Shown: piece by piece, positions 1-10,700 of the stretch
Position numbering within the stretch: position 1 is the stretch's first letter
How the letters are laid out: each line of letters begins with the position of its first letter
The notes under the pieces: generated by a model
Database searches by the model: none
Seen by the model: only the letters and a program-made list of their open reading frames with translations
Told to the model about the DNA's origin: nothing
Made by a program: the position numbers and the translations under genes
Source of the DNA: Cyanidioschyzon merolae
Taxonomy: Eukaryota
Direction: 5' to 3' (one strand)
DNA: 64,000 nucleotides
Assembly: GCA_000091205.1 (NCBI GenBank)
Contig: AP006487.2

Positions 1-1700
1 CATTGTCGACGTTTTCCAGTCATGGTACTGGCCCAGAAAAGTGGGCACTGTTTGAAGGTATGCTACCGTTCAGAGAGAACACGAGCGATCAAGCGGCGCA
101 CGCGGACGATCGTTACGGGGCGTTCATACGAGCGCGCGGAGGTCACCAACAGTTTCGGTTGTACAGAAGCAAGAAGCGTACATGCACTCACTTCGACTAA
201 GAGTTGTAAACGAAAATCTCCGATATGTCGTGTGGTTGGGTGCCAGGCAATGGCGCTGGAAGCACTGGAGCGCGCGATGACTGCACCCTTGCGGACTTGT
301 GGACGGCGTCCAACGAGTGCGGGAATCGATTCCATACGACTCCCGTAGATGCATTCAGGACGATGCCCTCGCATCAATAGCATGGGTGCTCAATGAAACA
401 GGCAGAGAAAAAGCACCTGAAACAGAGCCGGATACACGAGACGGTGTACGTCAGGCCGAGCGAACATCAGCTGGCGAGAATATTGACGACCAGAGGATTG
501 CAAAAGCGAGATTTCAGGAGCAAAATACCTCGATGTACATCCGGGAATGTCCGGTGTTCGCACAGCGCCCAACAGCTTGGTGATCAACGAACCTTTGAGG
601 GAATCGCGCAGTACTTCGTGTAAACACGGATCTGAAACGCTGAAGACTTGCGATGGAAAACAACAGTGACCATGACAGCGTGTATTTCATCCATGTTTGA
701 AGCAAGACACTTGTATGAGACGGTTCAGCAGTCCAGAATGGCTGCCATGCCCCATATATACACATGGAACGGTTTTCCTAGAAATTCATGAACGAATATC
801 CTGCTCCGTAATTCGACTTGACGATGTACCGACATGCAAAGCGGCGTCCTAGGTGCTCTAGCCTAGACGCCCGCCCCCGAAGACCTGCACGGTGTCGCCC
901 TGCGAGCCTTATTTACCGCACCATACATCCCTGGGATATTTATGATGGCTCCGGCCTTGAAGATCACGCGTTTGTGTGTACGTCAGCAGCGTCGATGCGT
1001 CGCTCTAAAATCCATCTACACAGGTGTTCACGGAATGCTCGGCATTTAAAAGCGAGCCCGCTCAACTTCGTATACAATGTGTCATGCATGTAGACTTGCA
1101 TTTTCGAACGAGATCCGTCATTGGGGCACCAGCTCGAGACTGATCAAGCATCAAGCTTCGTGCACGGTAGACAGGCTGTGCTATGAACGGTTCGGCATTC
1201 GACGCCAGGCGCTGAACCCAGACTTGCGTCACCGTACAGTGCGTTTAGGGTTCCATCAGCAGTGCCTCGTTCTTTGCGTTCGTCCTGCAATTCTCCAGGT
1301 CATAGAAGCGTATCCGCAGCATGAAACTGTTCAGTGTGAGCCGAAGTAGCAACATCCAGCATAGGCATTGAAGCGCGTGTCCTATAGATTCCAAGTGCCT
1401 GTGAGCGCTCCCGCACCGGCGATGCACCTTCGTACGAGGACGCGCTCCATACCAAGTCAGCCGAAACATTTCCTATGAATCAAGTGAGGCAGAACTCGCG
1501 ATTTGTGCACTAATCCAGAAGCACGCTTTCGGGAAAGCTTAGCAACAGAATTCGGGCGATTATGTTTTGGTCTATGGTCGAGTCTTGGCTGGGAATCCCA
1601 GCTACGCAATGGATACCGACGTCAGGGAAAGCGCTAACGCATACTCGGCACTCTACGGATTATATGAACGAGCCGTTGCCTCCAACAGGGAATATGGATG

Positions 1701-2090
1701 TATCCGGCGAGATATAGAGACCTGGTGCGGAATGACTAGTGATTTCATAGGCACCGTTGAGGTAGTCGTCTGCAGGGAACTCCTGCTCGTGTCGCAGAAG
1801 CTGCGTTACCGCCACACCAGCATCGAGTGGTATCCGGCGAGATATAGAGACTTGGTGCGGAATGACTAGTGATTTCATAGGTACCGTTGAGGTAGTCGTC
1901 TGCAGGGAGCTCCTGCTCGTGTCGCAGAAGCTGCGTTACCGCCACACCAGCATCGAGTGGTATCCGGCGAGATATAGAGACTTGGTGCGGAATGACTAGT
2001 GATTTCATAGGTACCGTTGAGGTAGTCGTCTGCAGGGAACTCCTGCTCGTGTCGCAGAAGCTGCGTTACCGCCACACCAGCATCGAGCAG
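1701..2090. repeat. Tandem repeat: 3 copies of a 130-bp unit (satellite/minisatellite-like)
   Basis: Units start at 1701, 1831 and 1961, each beginning tatccggcgagatatagagac and ending catcgagtgg. Copies differ by only a few bases. The ORFs on both strands of the array are repeat-translation artefacts. Confidence 0.85.
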
Positions 2091-4087
2091 GCAAGGCCCT
2101 CCCGGGCGATTCCCGGCGCTGTGCGCGAGCCCCGATCGTATGCACGCTGCCGCTGGCTAGCGTCTGAGCCCTGGTACGTTCTCTCCTCCGTCTTGTGCAG
2201 ACGATGCAGCGAGCCGTGCCTAGGATGCTTCAATCAAGTACTGGCCAACTTCGGACCGGGCGCGGGTGCTCGTCAGGGACGACTTTGTGGAAAGCTGGGT
2301 CTCGGCGTTGCAGTGCGTTCCACAGCTGTCAATCGTTGAGTGCTGAGAACCTTTATCAGCCCGCATCTCTGGCGCTGAGAACAGAGAATCGCCAAATCCG
2401 TCGTCTGGTAACGGTGGAGCCAGCGGGCGCGTCTCTTGGACGCACCGTGACAGGGCGCTTCCGCCCGGTTTTGGCGTTGGAACGCGTCGCTGCTGAGGCG
2501 GTCGGTCGGCTGGAAACGCGCAGCTTCACTTACCGCCGAGCTGGATGTACTTCAGGCCTGCTCCAGCTTCTTCTGGATGGAAAAAAAGCTCTAGATGATA
2601 CATAGATTCACCGGTTGGCTCCAGTTCTGCAGAGCGTGTGATGGAAGGCTCTCGCAGAGCTGAGCTGGCCGACATGCTGGCTTGCTGAAACAACTACTGT
2701 ACGCACCAGTGCGGTGTGTTGGTACACTGGCGGAAAAACGTGTGACGATTCGAGATGAAACCAGCAGTGGATAGTTCAGGCTCTCGTGATTAGAATATAC
2801 GCCGTGGGACTTGAAAGTATTTGAGCTCGTCTCCCTCAGGACATGTGCGGCTTCCTGGGTCTGAGGTTTGGAAACGAAGGACCGCAACGATGGGGCATTG
2901 CGCTCTCGAGAAACAAAGCACATTTCATTCGCTACGTTTCCATCATCACGCAGAAACCAGGACGGTAATCAGTACCGAATATCGGGCACTGCGCTTTGGA
3001 AACGACGCAGATTTCGTTGGTTATGTTTCCATTAACACCAAGAAACCATACTGGTCTTTGGTACTGCGGTCGAGGCTATGACACTGCCTGTGGCCCGACA
3101 ATGCCACCATGTTGTCGCCTGGCGGAGCACTTTCCCCTGTGATGCCAATGGATATTTTGTTCTTTTGTGCTGGGCGATCGATGAGCGTACCCAGAGTTCC
3201 CCGCATGCGCAATGATTACCAGCAACTGCAGGAGAGATCTTAGGCATGGTCGGGACGCTTCGGTGTACCTCAACATTCAGAGCAGCTTCTATTTTCGTGC
3301 ATTCGAGCTGAATCGATCCAGCGTACCTTCGGGCGTTGAGTCTCGTGTAGGACGCATGCTGCACCGGTGGACGTGCAGTCGCAGTCGCTTCGATGGCATC
3401 GGCTCGATACTCCGGTGTCTGGTGGAACCTGCGCCGGCGTTCTTCGCAAGCGTGGCCCGAATCAACAGCGAATCCCAAAGAGTCCAGCAAGGACGCGTCC
3501 ACAAATCTAAAGCGTAGCATCCAGTGTTCTACCAAAAAGTGCCAACCTTTGCCTGGTACACGGCGCTGGATCCCAGGAGCAGGCATGAACAGCACCGGCC
3601 TGTTTAAGAGTCCTCGAGTTCTGGCTCCGTGTTCAACCTCATAATGCGCAGCACTAGCGCAACTTTTTTGCCTGCAGCAATGCGAAGGAAAAGCGATAGT
3701 CGCAAATGTGGTATTCTTGAAAGGCCATAATTTTTACCGCATACGCAGATACCGTGAAAGCGTGCTGAGAAGCTATCTCAGGAAATGCACCGGAACACCC
3801 GGAACTCAACTGCAATATTCCCCAGCATATTCTAGTGGAACGTGCATACCAACCAAAATTCGATATCCAAGCAACGACAGGTTGCAGAGCGCAGACGCAC
3901 CAAGTTCCGCGCTTGCCGCACGAGTCTGAATTTGAATGCCACTGATCCGCCCAGCTGGACAACGCATTCGCGCTGCAAACGCTGAGCGAGCTGGTACCGG
4001 TGCCCGCAACGTTTAAACTGTGCTGAGCAGCGCGATACCATATAAATCCACAGCACGCGCGTTGAGCCACTGTCGGTGTCGGCGGTA

Positions 4088-4939
4088 TCAAAACAACAGT
4101 AAGCACATAATGACGAACATGCCAAGCATGAGCAGCATGCGGCTCACCATCGCTTGCGTTGCATCTTCAGTCTGTACAGAAACTGGGACTCCTCCGTAAG
4201 CGCCTGAGTCACCAGGATTCACCCGAGCTGCGGTCGAAGATGTAGCGCTCGGCGCTCCCGTGGGCGGCTGCGGCGGGAAGGTGAACTGAACGCCGAATAT
4301 AGAGGGAAACAGTCCGAACGGAGTGAAAGATATACCGCCCGCCGTGCCGTACGGCATGAAGCTGCCCGCACCGACGCCGACGTTCCAGTCGCTGAGGTGC
4401 TCTGCTCCCGGCCGCAGCGGCGGAAGCGCTCCGTTGGCAGTCTGGGGTGGAGGTTCGACCCGCCTCGCGGCAGGCCGCGGTGGAATCGCTTCATTTGGCC
4501 TGGCGACCTTCGTCTGCTGCTTCGGGGCATCGCTGACGTCCTCGCGTGTGCGCCCGCGTCCGTAAAGCGGAATGACTCGTTCCCGATCCACCAGCGACTT
4601 GCAAACCGGACACGTCGCGTGTTGCGCCATCCAGCGGTGCAGGCACGACCAGCAGAACAAGTGCCCACACATGGTGACCACAGGATCCTCCAGCGGCACC
4701 TCAAAACAGATGGAGCAGTCAAACGGTTGCTCACTGCTTGACGCTACTGAGGATGCCGCCGCTGGTCGCTTGGCTGCGGCGTCTGTCGCCTCCGCATCCA
4801 GAGACTTGGACAGTTCAGACGTGCCGTGTGCGCTCGCCTCGAACCCTGTGTCGTCTGGGGAGTGCACAGGTGCACGTGTGTCCCCTGTCAAAGGTACCGC
4901 GTCGGTAGGCGACCGGTTGACCTGGCCGCTCTCCGCCAT
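4088..4939 (-). CDS. RING-type (C3HC4) E3 ubiquitin ligase, RNF5/RMA1-like, C-terminal tail anchor
   Basis: CSICFEVPLEDPVVTMCGHLFCWSCLHRWMAQHATCPVCK is a canonical C3HC4 RING. A hydrophobic C-terminal segment (MLLMLGMFVIMCLLLF) matches the RNF5/RMA1 tail anchor. ATG verified at 4937-4939 (minus strand). Confidence 0.7.
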   Translation of the reverse strand: MAESGQVNRSPTDAVPLTGDTRAPVHSPDDTGFEASAHGTSELSKSLDAEATDAAAKRPAAASSVASSSEQPFDCSICFEVPLEDPVVTMCGHLFCWSCLHRWMAQHATCPVCKSLVDRERVIPLYGRGRTREDVSDAPKQQTKVARPNEAIPPRPAARRVEPPPQTANGALPPLRPGAEHLSDWNVGVGAGSFMPYGTAGGISFTPFGLFPSIFGVQFTFPPQPPTGAPSATSSTAARVNPGDSGAYGGVPVSVQTEDATQAMVSRMLLMLGMFVIMCLLLF

Positions 4940-6762
4940 CGCTTACAACTCACGTCGTTTCGGTGCCGCTCAAGCGCAACACTGGATACCGTTTGCACCA
5001 CGCTGCGCCTCCGCTGCGTCACGTTTCGGGAAGCGCGTGCGACGCTCCAGCGGCGGGGCATCTCGCGAGGCGCCGGCGGCGGCAGCCGCAGTGCACGCAT
5101 CCGTTGACGGTTCATCTGTTCGGGAGCGCGCCTGCCAGCTGTTCACTTCAATTGCGTTCCACGTTCGAGTGCGTGTCGCATCGAATGCCTTGACGCGGTG
5201 TACCGTAGACACGCTCGACGTGCGCTCGTTCAACCATCGAGTCCATAAACGGCAGTCACAGCGTTGCGATGTCGTTTCCGCTGATACCGGTTACTGGGAA
5301 AGCACCGCTGCATCACGGTCCGCGCGATAGCCTCTGTGGCGTAGCGAGACTGTGACAATGAATGAGGGCTATGCGCGGCAGGCGTCGGACGCAAGCATGG
5401 CACTCGGCACGCACCAGTGTCGTTGCGTATACCTGCGAGCGAGCTGCAGACTGGCACCTAGGCTGTGCACGGTGAATCAGCAACAGCTTCACACTGCGTC
5501 GGGACATTGGACAAGGCTCGTCGAGCAGGATCGGCATCACCATTCTACTTGGCGTAAGCTGTGGGGCGTCTCATATTCGCAGCTCCATTGCTCTGCTCGT
5601 TATGGGCGTACGCTGGATCCATCTCCCGCTTCTGACAGATCTATGCATTGGGTGTGCGCAAGTCAGCGCAGAGGGATATCGCAGGCAACACGCTCTGGCG
5701 TGGATAGAAGGTTTACACAGGAAGCGGAGCGTACGAGCTACCTATAATTTTCCAGGACCTGCAGTCCGAGTGTGCATGATGCATGCGTCGCGCAAGAAGA
5801 TATCTCTGGTCATCGGCAGCTTGCACTTTTGGACATCGCTGTTTCTCGCCGTCGGCATGCACGAGCGCACTTGGTTTCCTCGGTGACTCGAATGTCGGAG
5901 CTGCCCGGCAGACTCGCGTCGACGCAAACTTCAACGTTTCCGCGACGCTTTGCCTGCAGAGAGGGCCGAATCGCTCAACAGGGTGCCTGGAGCCGGAGCC
6001 CGGGGCGGGCGCCCAGAACCTCGGCAAGACTGAAGCGCTCCCTGATGGAGCCAGATGCGCTGTGGTCGGCTGATATCGCATTCGGAGCTCCGAAACGCGA
6101 GTTACGCAACCACCGCATCTACCGTCGCCCGTTTTCGAAACGGCTACCTCCAAGCTGTGACCCTGCCGTCCGTAGATGTATCAGGAAATCAGACTTGTGA
6201 TTCACTCTAAAAATCCAATAGGTTCAATGACTGAACCCGCTGCTGTTCATGGAGCAGAGTTCATGGACTTTATCAGAATCCTCCGGAATGTGTATGCGTT
6301 CCCGGTCAGACGGCGTACTGGGCACAGAGGTTGCCGCTCCAGCGGACGCGACAAATGCGTACAACGCATTTGCTCTTGGTGGCGAGCGGCATTCGCTGCT
6401 CACTCGTAACGACGACAGCGCATCCAGCGCCTGTGATTCATGCGTTCATTTTCGATTCCCGGCGAATGCCGGCTTCATCGAGACTTCGCGGCAGGGTGTC
6501 TTCCGGTGAGCGGCCGACACGCGAACCCCGAAACGAAACCACCGCATGAACTACTCTATGCGATTTTACCGCTGTTGCTTAACACCCAGAGTCCGAGGAC
6601 GTATACGAGCATCGAATGCATCGTTTCGTGGTCTTCCACACAGAGCAGCGCGAATGCAGGCAAGCGATGCGCGTTCCAGCGTCAGAGTTGCACAGGGCCG
6701 GTAAACGAGGACCCCACGAGCTCTCAGACCATCCGATCCTGTTGTTTATGAACTTGAGTCGT

Positions 6763-8277
6763 CTACGCAATTGCACGTTTACGGCGTACGTATCTTTGCA
6801 CGAGCTCCGCAAACTGCGTCGCTGGACAAGCCCTCTGAATGAACGGATGCGTCAGGAGCCGATCTACGCTCCAACGATCCATGGGTTGCATCGCGAGGCA
6901 GGAGTGTAAAAAGTGGTGAAATTCTGGGCTCCAGCGGGCAGCTTCCGCCAGCTTGGGCGGCCCTCGGGTCGTGATCAGGAACATGGCCCGGAGCGGTGTC
7001 TCTTTGATCCATGGAGGCTCGCCCTCGGCGCATTCTATGGCGAGAATCCCGAGGCTCCAGACGTCAACTTTGTAGTCGTACTCCATGCTTCTGATGAGTT
7101 CGGGCGCCATCCAAAACGGAGTGCCAACGCATGTCGTTCGCTTGTCGCGCTCTGGTGTCAACTGGGCACAATATCCAAAGTCAGCGAGCTTGATGGCCCC
7201 CGACGATTGACCAAGCAGACAGTTATCAGACTTGATATCACGATGGATGCGACGTAGGCGGTGCAGCTGACCGAGCGCAATCAGAACCTCTCGGCAGACA
7301 TAGGCGATCTCTGGCTCCGTCATTCGTTCACCATGCTCTGCCAGATCATAAAGCAAGTCTGTGAGACTGCCCCCGTCCATGTATTCGAGAACAATCCACA
7401 TCGTGTTGCGATGGAGAAACGCCTCGTGAACCTGCACGATGTTCGCGTGGCGAGTGCTATGCATCATGAAGATCTCCTGCTCGAGCGCGCTCATGACCTT
7501 TTCGGACCGAACTTCGACCCTTTTCATCGCAACAATTTTGGTTGGATCGGTTCGAGAGGCTGCCACATAGACAACGCCCATTGCACCCTCGCCCACTTTA
7601 CGCAGGCGCACGTAGACGTCGCTGGGGTCTCGTTCCTGAATGGCGGGAAAGCGTCCCGAGGCCCTCAGTACAGGCTCGCCCCCGGTTTGGCGTGCATCTT
7701 CGGGGCTCGTCTCAGTGAGCAGCTTCGCAGCCGAGTCATCCTGGTGGAGCGCGGTCCGTTCGTTGCGCTCTTTTAAGGCTGCGACTTGGCTGGGATGGTG
7801 CGTTGGCGACGCCGCCCCAGATCGACGCAAATGAAAGTCCATGATATCGCGTACGACTTGCGGATTCGTCAAGACCTCTGTGCGACTGATACCGTTGCCA
7901 ACGAGTAGGTGCTCCCACTCGCGTGGGAGGCCAGAAAATCCCGTCTCAGAGGTGAGGTCGCGGCGCACAGTCACTTTCTTGCGAACCTTGATCGGTGTCC
8001 CTATCTGGGGTGTTTCCTCAGTACTGTCGGATACATCGTTTTGTTTCGGTGCTGTGGGCTTCATATTCGGCTTTCTGGTGCTGGCCGTCCCCGGATCCGT
8101 CGCGTTGTCTGGCGCGTGGCGTGCACAAGACGGCTTGCGCTTCACTCCAGTCGAGGCGTGCGTCGGGGTTCTCGTCAACGCGCTTAAGGCAGCGAGACCC
8201 GCTAACGCGCGCAGTGCGCCTTCAGGTTCAGCAGAGGTCTCCGGGCTCTTGGAGCTGCGCTTCACTCGTGTCTTCAT
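6763..8277 (-). CDS. Ser/Thr protein kinase, STE20/PAK family
   Basis: Kinase motifs present: GEGAMGVVY, VAMKRV, HRDIKSDNCLL, DFGYCAQL, GTPFWMAPE, DVWSLGILAIE. An N-terminal regulatory region carries a CRIB-like FSGLPREWEHLLVG. ATG verified at 8275-8277 (minus strand). Confidence 0.75.
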   Translation of the reverse strand: MKTRVKRSSKSPETSAEPEGALRALAGLAALSALTRTPTHASTGVKRKPSCARHAPDNATDPGTASTRKPNMKPTAPKQNDVSDSTEETPQIGTPIKVRKKVTVRRDLTSETGFSGLPREWEHLLVGNGISRTEVLTNPQVVRDIMDFHLRRSGAASPTHHPSQVAALKERNERTALHQDDSAAKLLTETSPEDARQTGGEPVLRASGRFPAIQERDPSDVYVRLRKVGEGAMGVVYVAASRTDPTKIVAMKRVEVRSEKVMSALEQEIFMMHSTRHANIVQVHEAFLHRNTMWIVLEYMDGGSLTDLLYDLAEHGERMTEPEIAYVCREVLIALGQLHRLRRIHRDIKSDNCLLGQSSGAIKLADFGYCAQLTPERDKRTTCVGTPFWMAPELIRSMEYDYKVDVWSLGILAIECAEGEPPWIKETPLRAMFLITTRGPPKLAEAARWSPEFHHFLHSCLAMQPMDRWSVDRLLTHPFIQRACPATQFAELVQRYVRRKRAIA

Positions 8278-9894
8278 CCGCAGTCACCGAAAGCCTTCAC
8301 AAACGCAAGCACAATGCGGGCGCTGGAACGCACCACCGGAGGTGCTCAGCTTCCGGAGGATCCCGATACACGTCGCGATGGCGGACACGCGGGCATTCGA
8401 ACAGCGGCCGCCGTCGGCATCGCGCACACCCAGCGCACACACTGCAACGGCCGGGGTGCGGCGGCGCTCATCAGGGACGGATCAGCGCCGGCGTGCTGTC
8501 CTCCGGCGCGGGGCTGTCGACAGCCGTAGAGCGCCCGCCGTTCCCGCGGCTGGAGAGGCGGCGGCGCTCGCAGTTCCCGCTGCACCCTGGTGCGAGTCCG
8601 GGAGCCTGCACCTTCAGGTTGCAGCACTGAGGGCGGTGGGGATCGGCGTGGGCGCGCCCAGCTCCACAGCATGGCAGGTCTCTGCATGGAGTGCATTTGC
8701 ACAAGAAAGTCGCATCGAGGACTCTGCGTATCTGGACTGCATGTGCGCTTTGCCGATACACGTATACCAGAATAAGACGGAACAGGTCCACGCAGCGAAC
8801 ACGGGCGTGCCTAATAAAGTTTTGATCGCTTCCCGTAAGAGTCAACACAAGATTTTGTGCGTATTTTTGTGACTTGTTATTTTTATTGCTCTTTTTTTGC
8901 TGAATTTCAATGTGCTGGTCTCTAATGTGTCTGCAGCTCCGTTTGTCAGCAGTCGAAGAATGCTGATGGCAGCGTTCTCCTCCCGAGTTCGCAGCATTCG
9001 ATTCTCATTCACGCATTTCGAACAGGCAGGCTGAAGTTGCGATCTCGGCTGCGCTTGTCATGATCATATCCTTTGTAGACAGCCTCAGTGCGCCCTTTGC
9101 AGCATGAACCTTGGCCACGGTCAGTGATTACCGTACGTGCACGACACGACACCTCTTCCGAAAAATGCCCTGTGCCGCACCAAGGAATGCTTCGCTGATC
9201 GGTGTGCGCGTTTGACTGGTACAGAGGGCCCGATGTGTTCCCTGTATTCGTTTTCGCGCCCGGTGCCGTGTTCTCCGATCATGGGCTTGCTCATGGCGAT
9301 CCTTCCAGGGTGTACGCTATCCCCTGCACGCACACGCTGTAACATTGGATGGGCGATTTTTTTGGAACGCGATCTTGTTCATGATGGAGCGGTTGGCGGA
9401 AGGGAATTCCAGGATGGTGAGCAATAGAAAAAATTTAGAGTCGTTTATGTTCAGTTCCTAGAACGCAGTGACATACTCTCTACTCTGAGTAATCGCCGCA
9501 ATGACTGGTGTGCAGCACGAGTCGTTGCTTCCGCTGTGAGCGGCGAGGCTGGATATCGGCGTCATGGCTGGTGCCTGCTCGCAGACGGGTGCTGCGATGG
9601 TCACCTGGCACCGCTTATGGCACCCAGAGAACCGCTTCTGCTGCACGTTCGAACAGACGACGGAGCCAGCGGACCTCTGTGACGACCTCGAAAGCTAGCC
9701 AGGTATTCCAGCTCCTTTGGCGGTGTTCCGCGACGGTTTCATCTCGGCAATGATGCAGCGGATGCACCTCGAGGACAATGGAAACCTACGCTTATCGAAG
9801 TCTGAGCGCGTCTTGTCGCAACGAACTCCAGAGACTGGCATGTTTCGCGTCTCGCATGATACGCTGGCCTCGTTTTAATGTTGCACCTCATTTG

Positions 9895-10700
9895 TGTTCC
9901 GCTTGCAGGTGCGTGTCATCAAGTGCTTCCTCGCGGGTTATAGCGGACGTGTTCAAAGAGCGTCCATTTTCAAAAATAAACTATCCTAGGGAGATGTGTA
10001 TGTATGAAAATCGGGGATCCTGATGTGCTAGTGTCGCCGGTTTCAACAGAAAAAACGAAAAATTCTCTTCTCACCGACCATCGAGCGAAGGAGAGCAAGT
10101 TTTATGAAAAAGTAGAAAAAGAGAGGAACGGCGGGTGAAAAGTTTTTGTATGCCTGATGTGACGATTACGAGACTGTAACGGGACAGAGGGCACACTGAC
10201 GAAGGCGCCTTGCATTGATGAGTCCCATCAGAGGCAGCAAACGCATGGAATTCGTGAACAGAGACTTGAACTCCGCCATCAAAATCAGACCATTTGTGTT
10301 ACAAAAGGCGAGGCGCGCGGAACTTACGTTAGCGAAAGGTTTGGGACAGCCTCTCAGGTTCGAAGTGTACACGGGACAAATTGAAACCGATATCTGGTTG
10401 CTGGTCAGAAAAAGGCTTCGAGGCGCCTGTGAGTGCGTATCATTTTCCCCTGTCGAGCCGACGCTCTCTGTGGTGCGGCATAGCCGTTCTGTCTCCGTGC
10501 AAGGACCGCATCGGCCCTGTAGACGCTATCGCCGACGCTCTGGGCATGCACTCGGCGCACGATAGAACGTACGGAACGACCATTATATCCGAGAGAAAGT
10601 ATGGGTTACGGAACGTGGAAGTAAGGCGTGGAATGAGGGATACCTTACAGCGCGCTGATGACGAGCGCAGAATCCGAGAACGCTCGCCACAGCAACCACT
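9895..10700 (+). mobile_element. Internally deleted (non-autonomous) copy (a) of the TnpB/Fanzor-like repeat family F, carrying the 3' module X
   Basis: Homologous at nucleotide level to 22497-23050 and to 16640-16990. A 5' block starting caggtgcgtgtcatcaag is shared only with copy (c). The 3' ~260 bp (10440-10700) is module X, shared with the LINE-like element. Confidence 0.45.
10215..10565 (+). pseudogene. C-terminal remnant of TnpB/Fanzor-like ORF (RuvC-III-like motif) running into module X
   Basis: KRMEFVNRDLNSAIKI fits the TnpB RuvC-III signature (D-x-N-A-A-x-N-I) with the Asp retained. It is homologous to KRMEFVKRGFNAAINLRRCAVL (copy b) and GDFDVTSNIRRCAVL (copy c). The reading frame continues into X (VRHSRSVSVQGPHRPCRRYRRRSGHALGAR). 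Confidence 0.35.

Noticed and set aside
2890-3075. Imperfect ~85-bp tandem duplication (gcattgcgctctcgagaaacaaagcacatttc... / gcactgcgctttggaaacgacgcagatttc...)
   Set aside because: About 70% identity, only two units, no flanking feature. Too weak to assign any function. Checked for a tRNA-like fold and found none convincing.
4219-5330. ORFs 4219-4734 (-) and 4572-5330 (+) overlapping the RING E3 gene
   Set aside because: Alternative-frame or antisense read-through of a GC-rich coding region. The Arg/Ala-rich translations look like artefacts.
7841-8872. 343-aa plus-strand ORF and several other long ORFs overlapping the PAK kinase gene antisense
   Set aside because: High-GC sequence has few stop codons in antisense frames. 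The translations are low-complexity (Arg/Ala/Ser/Pro-rich) with no recognisable domains. The kinase on the minus strand explains the region.
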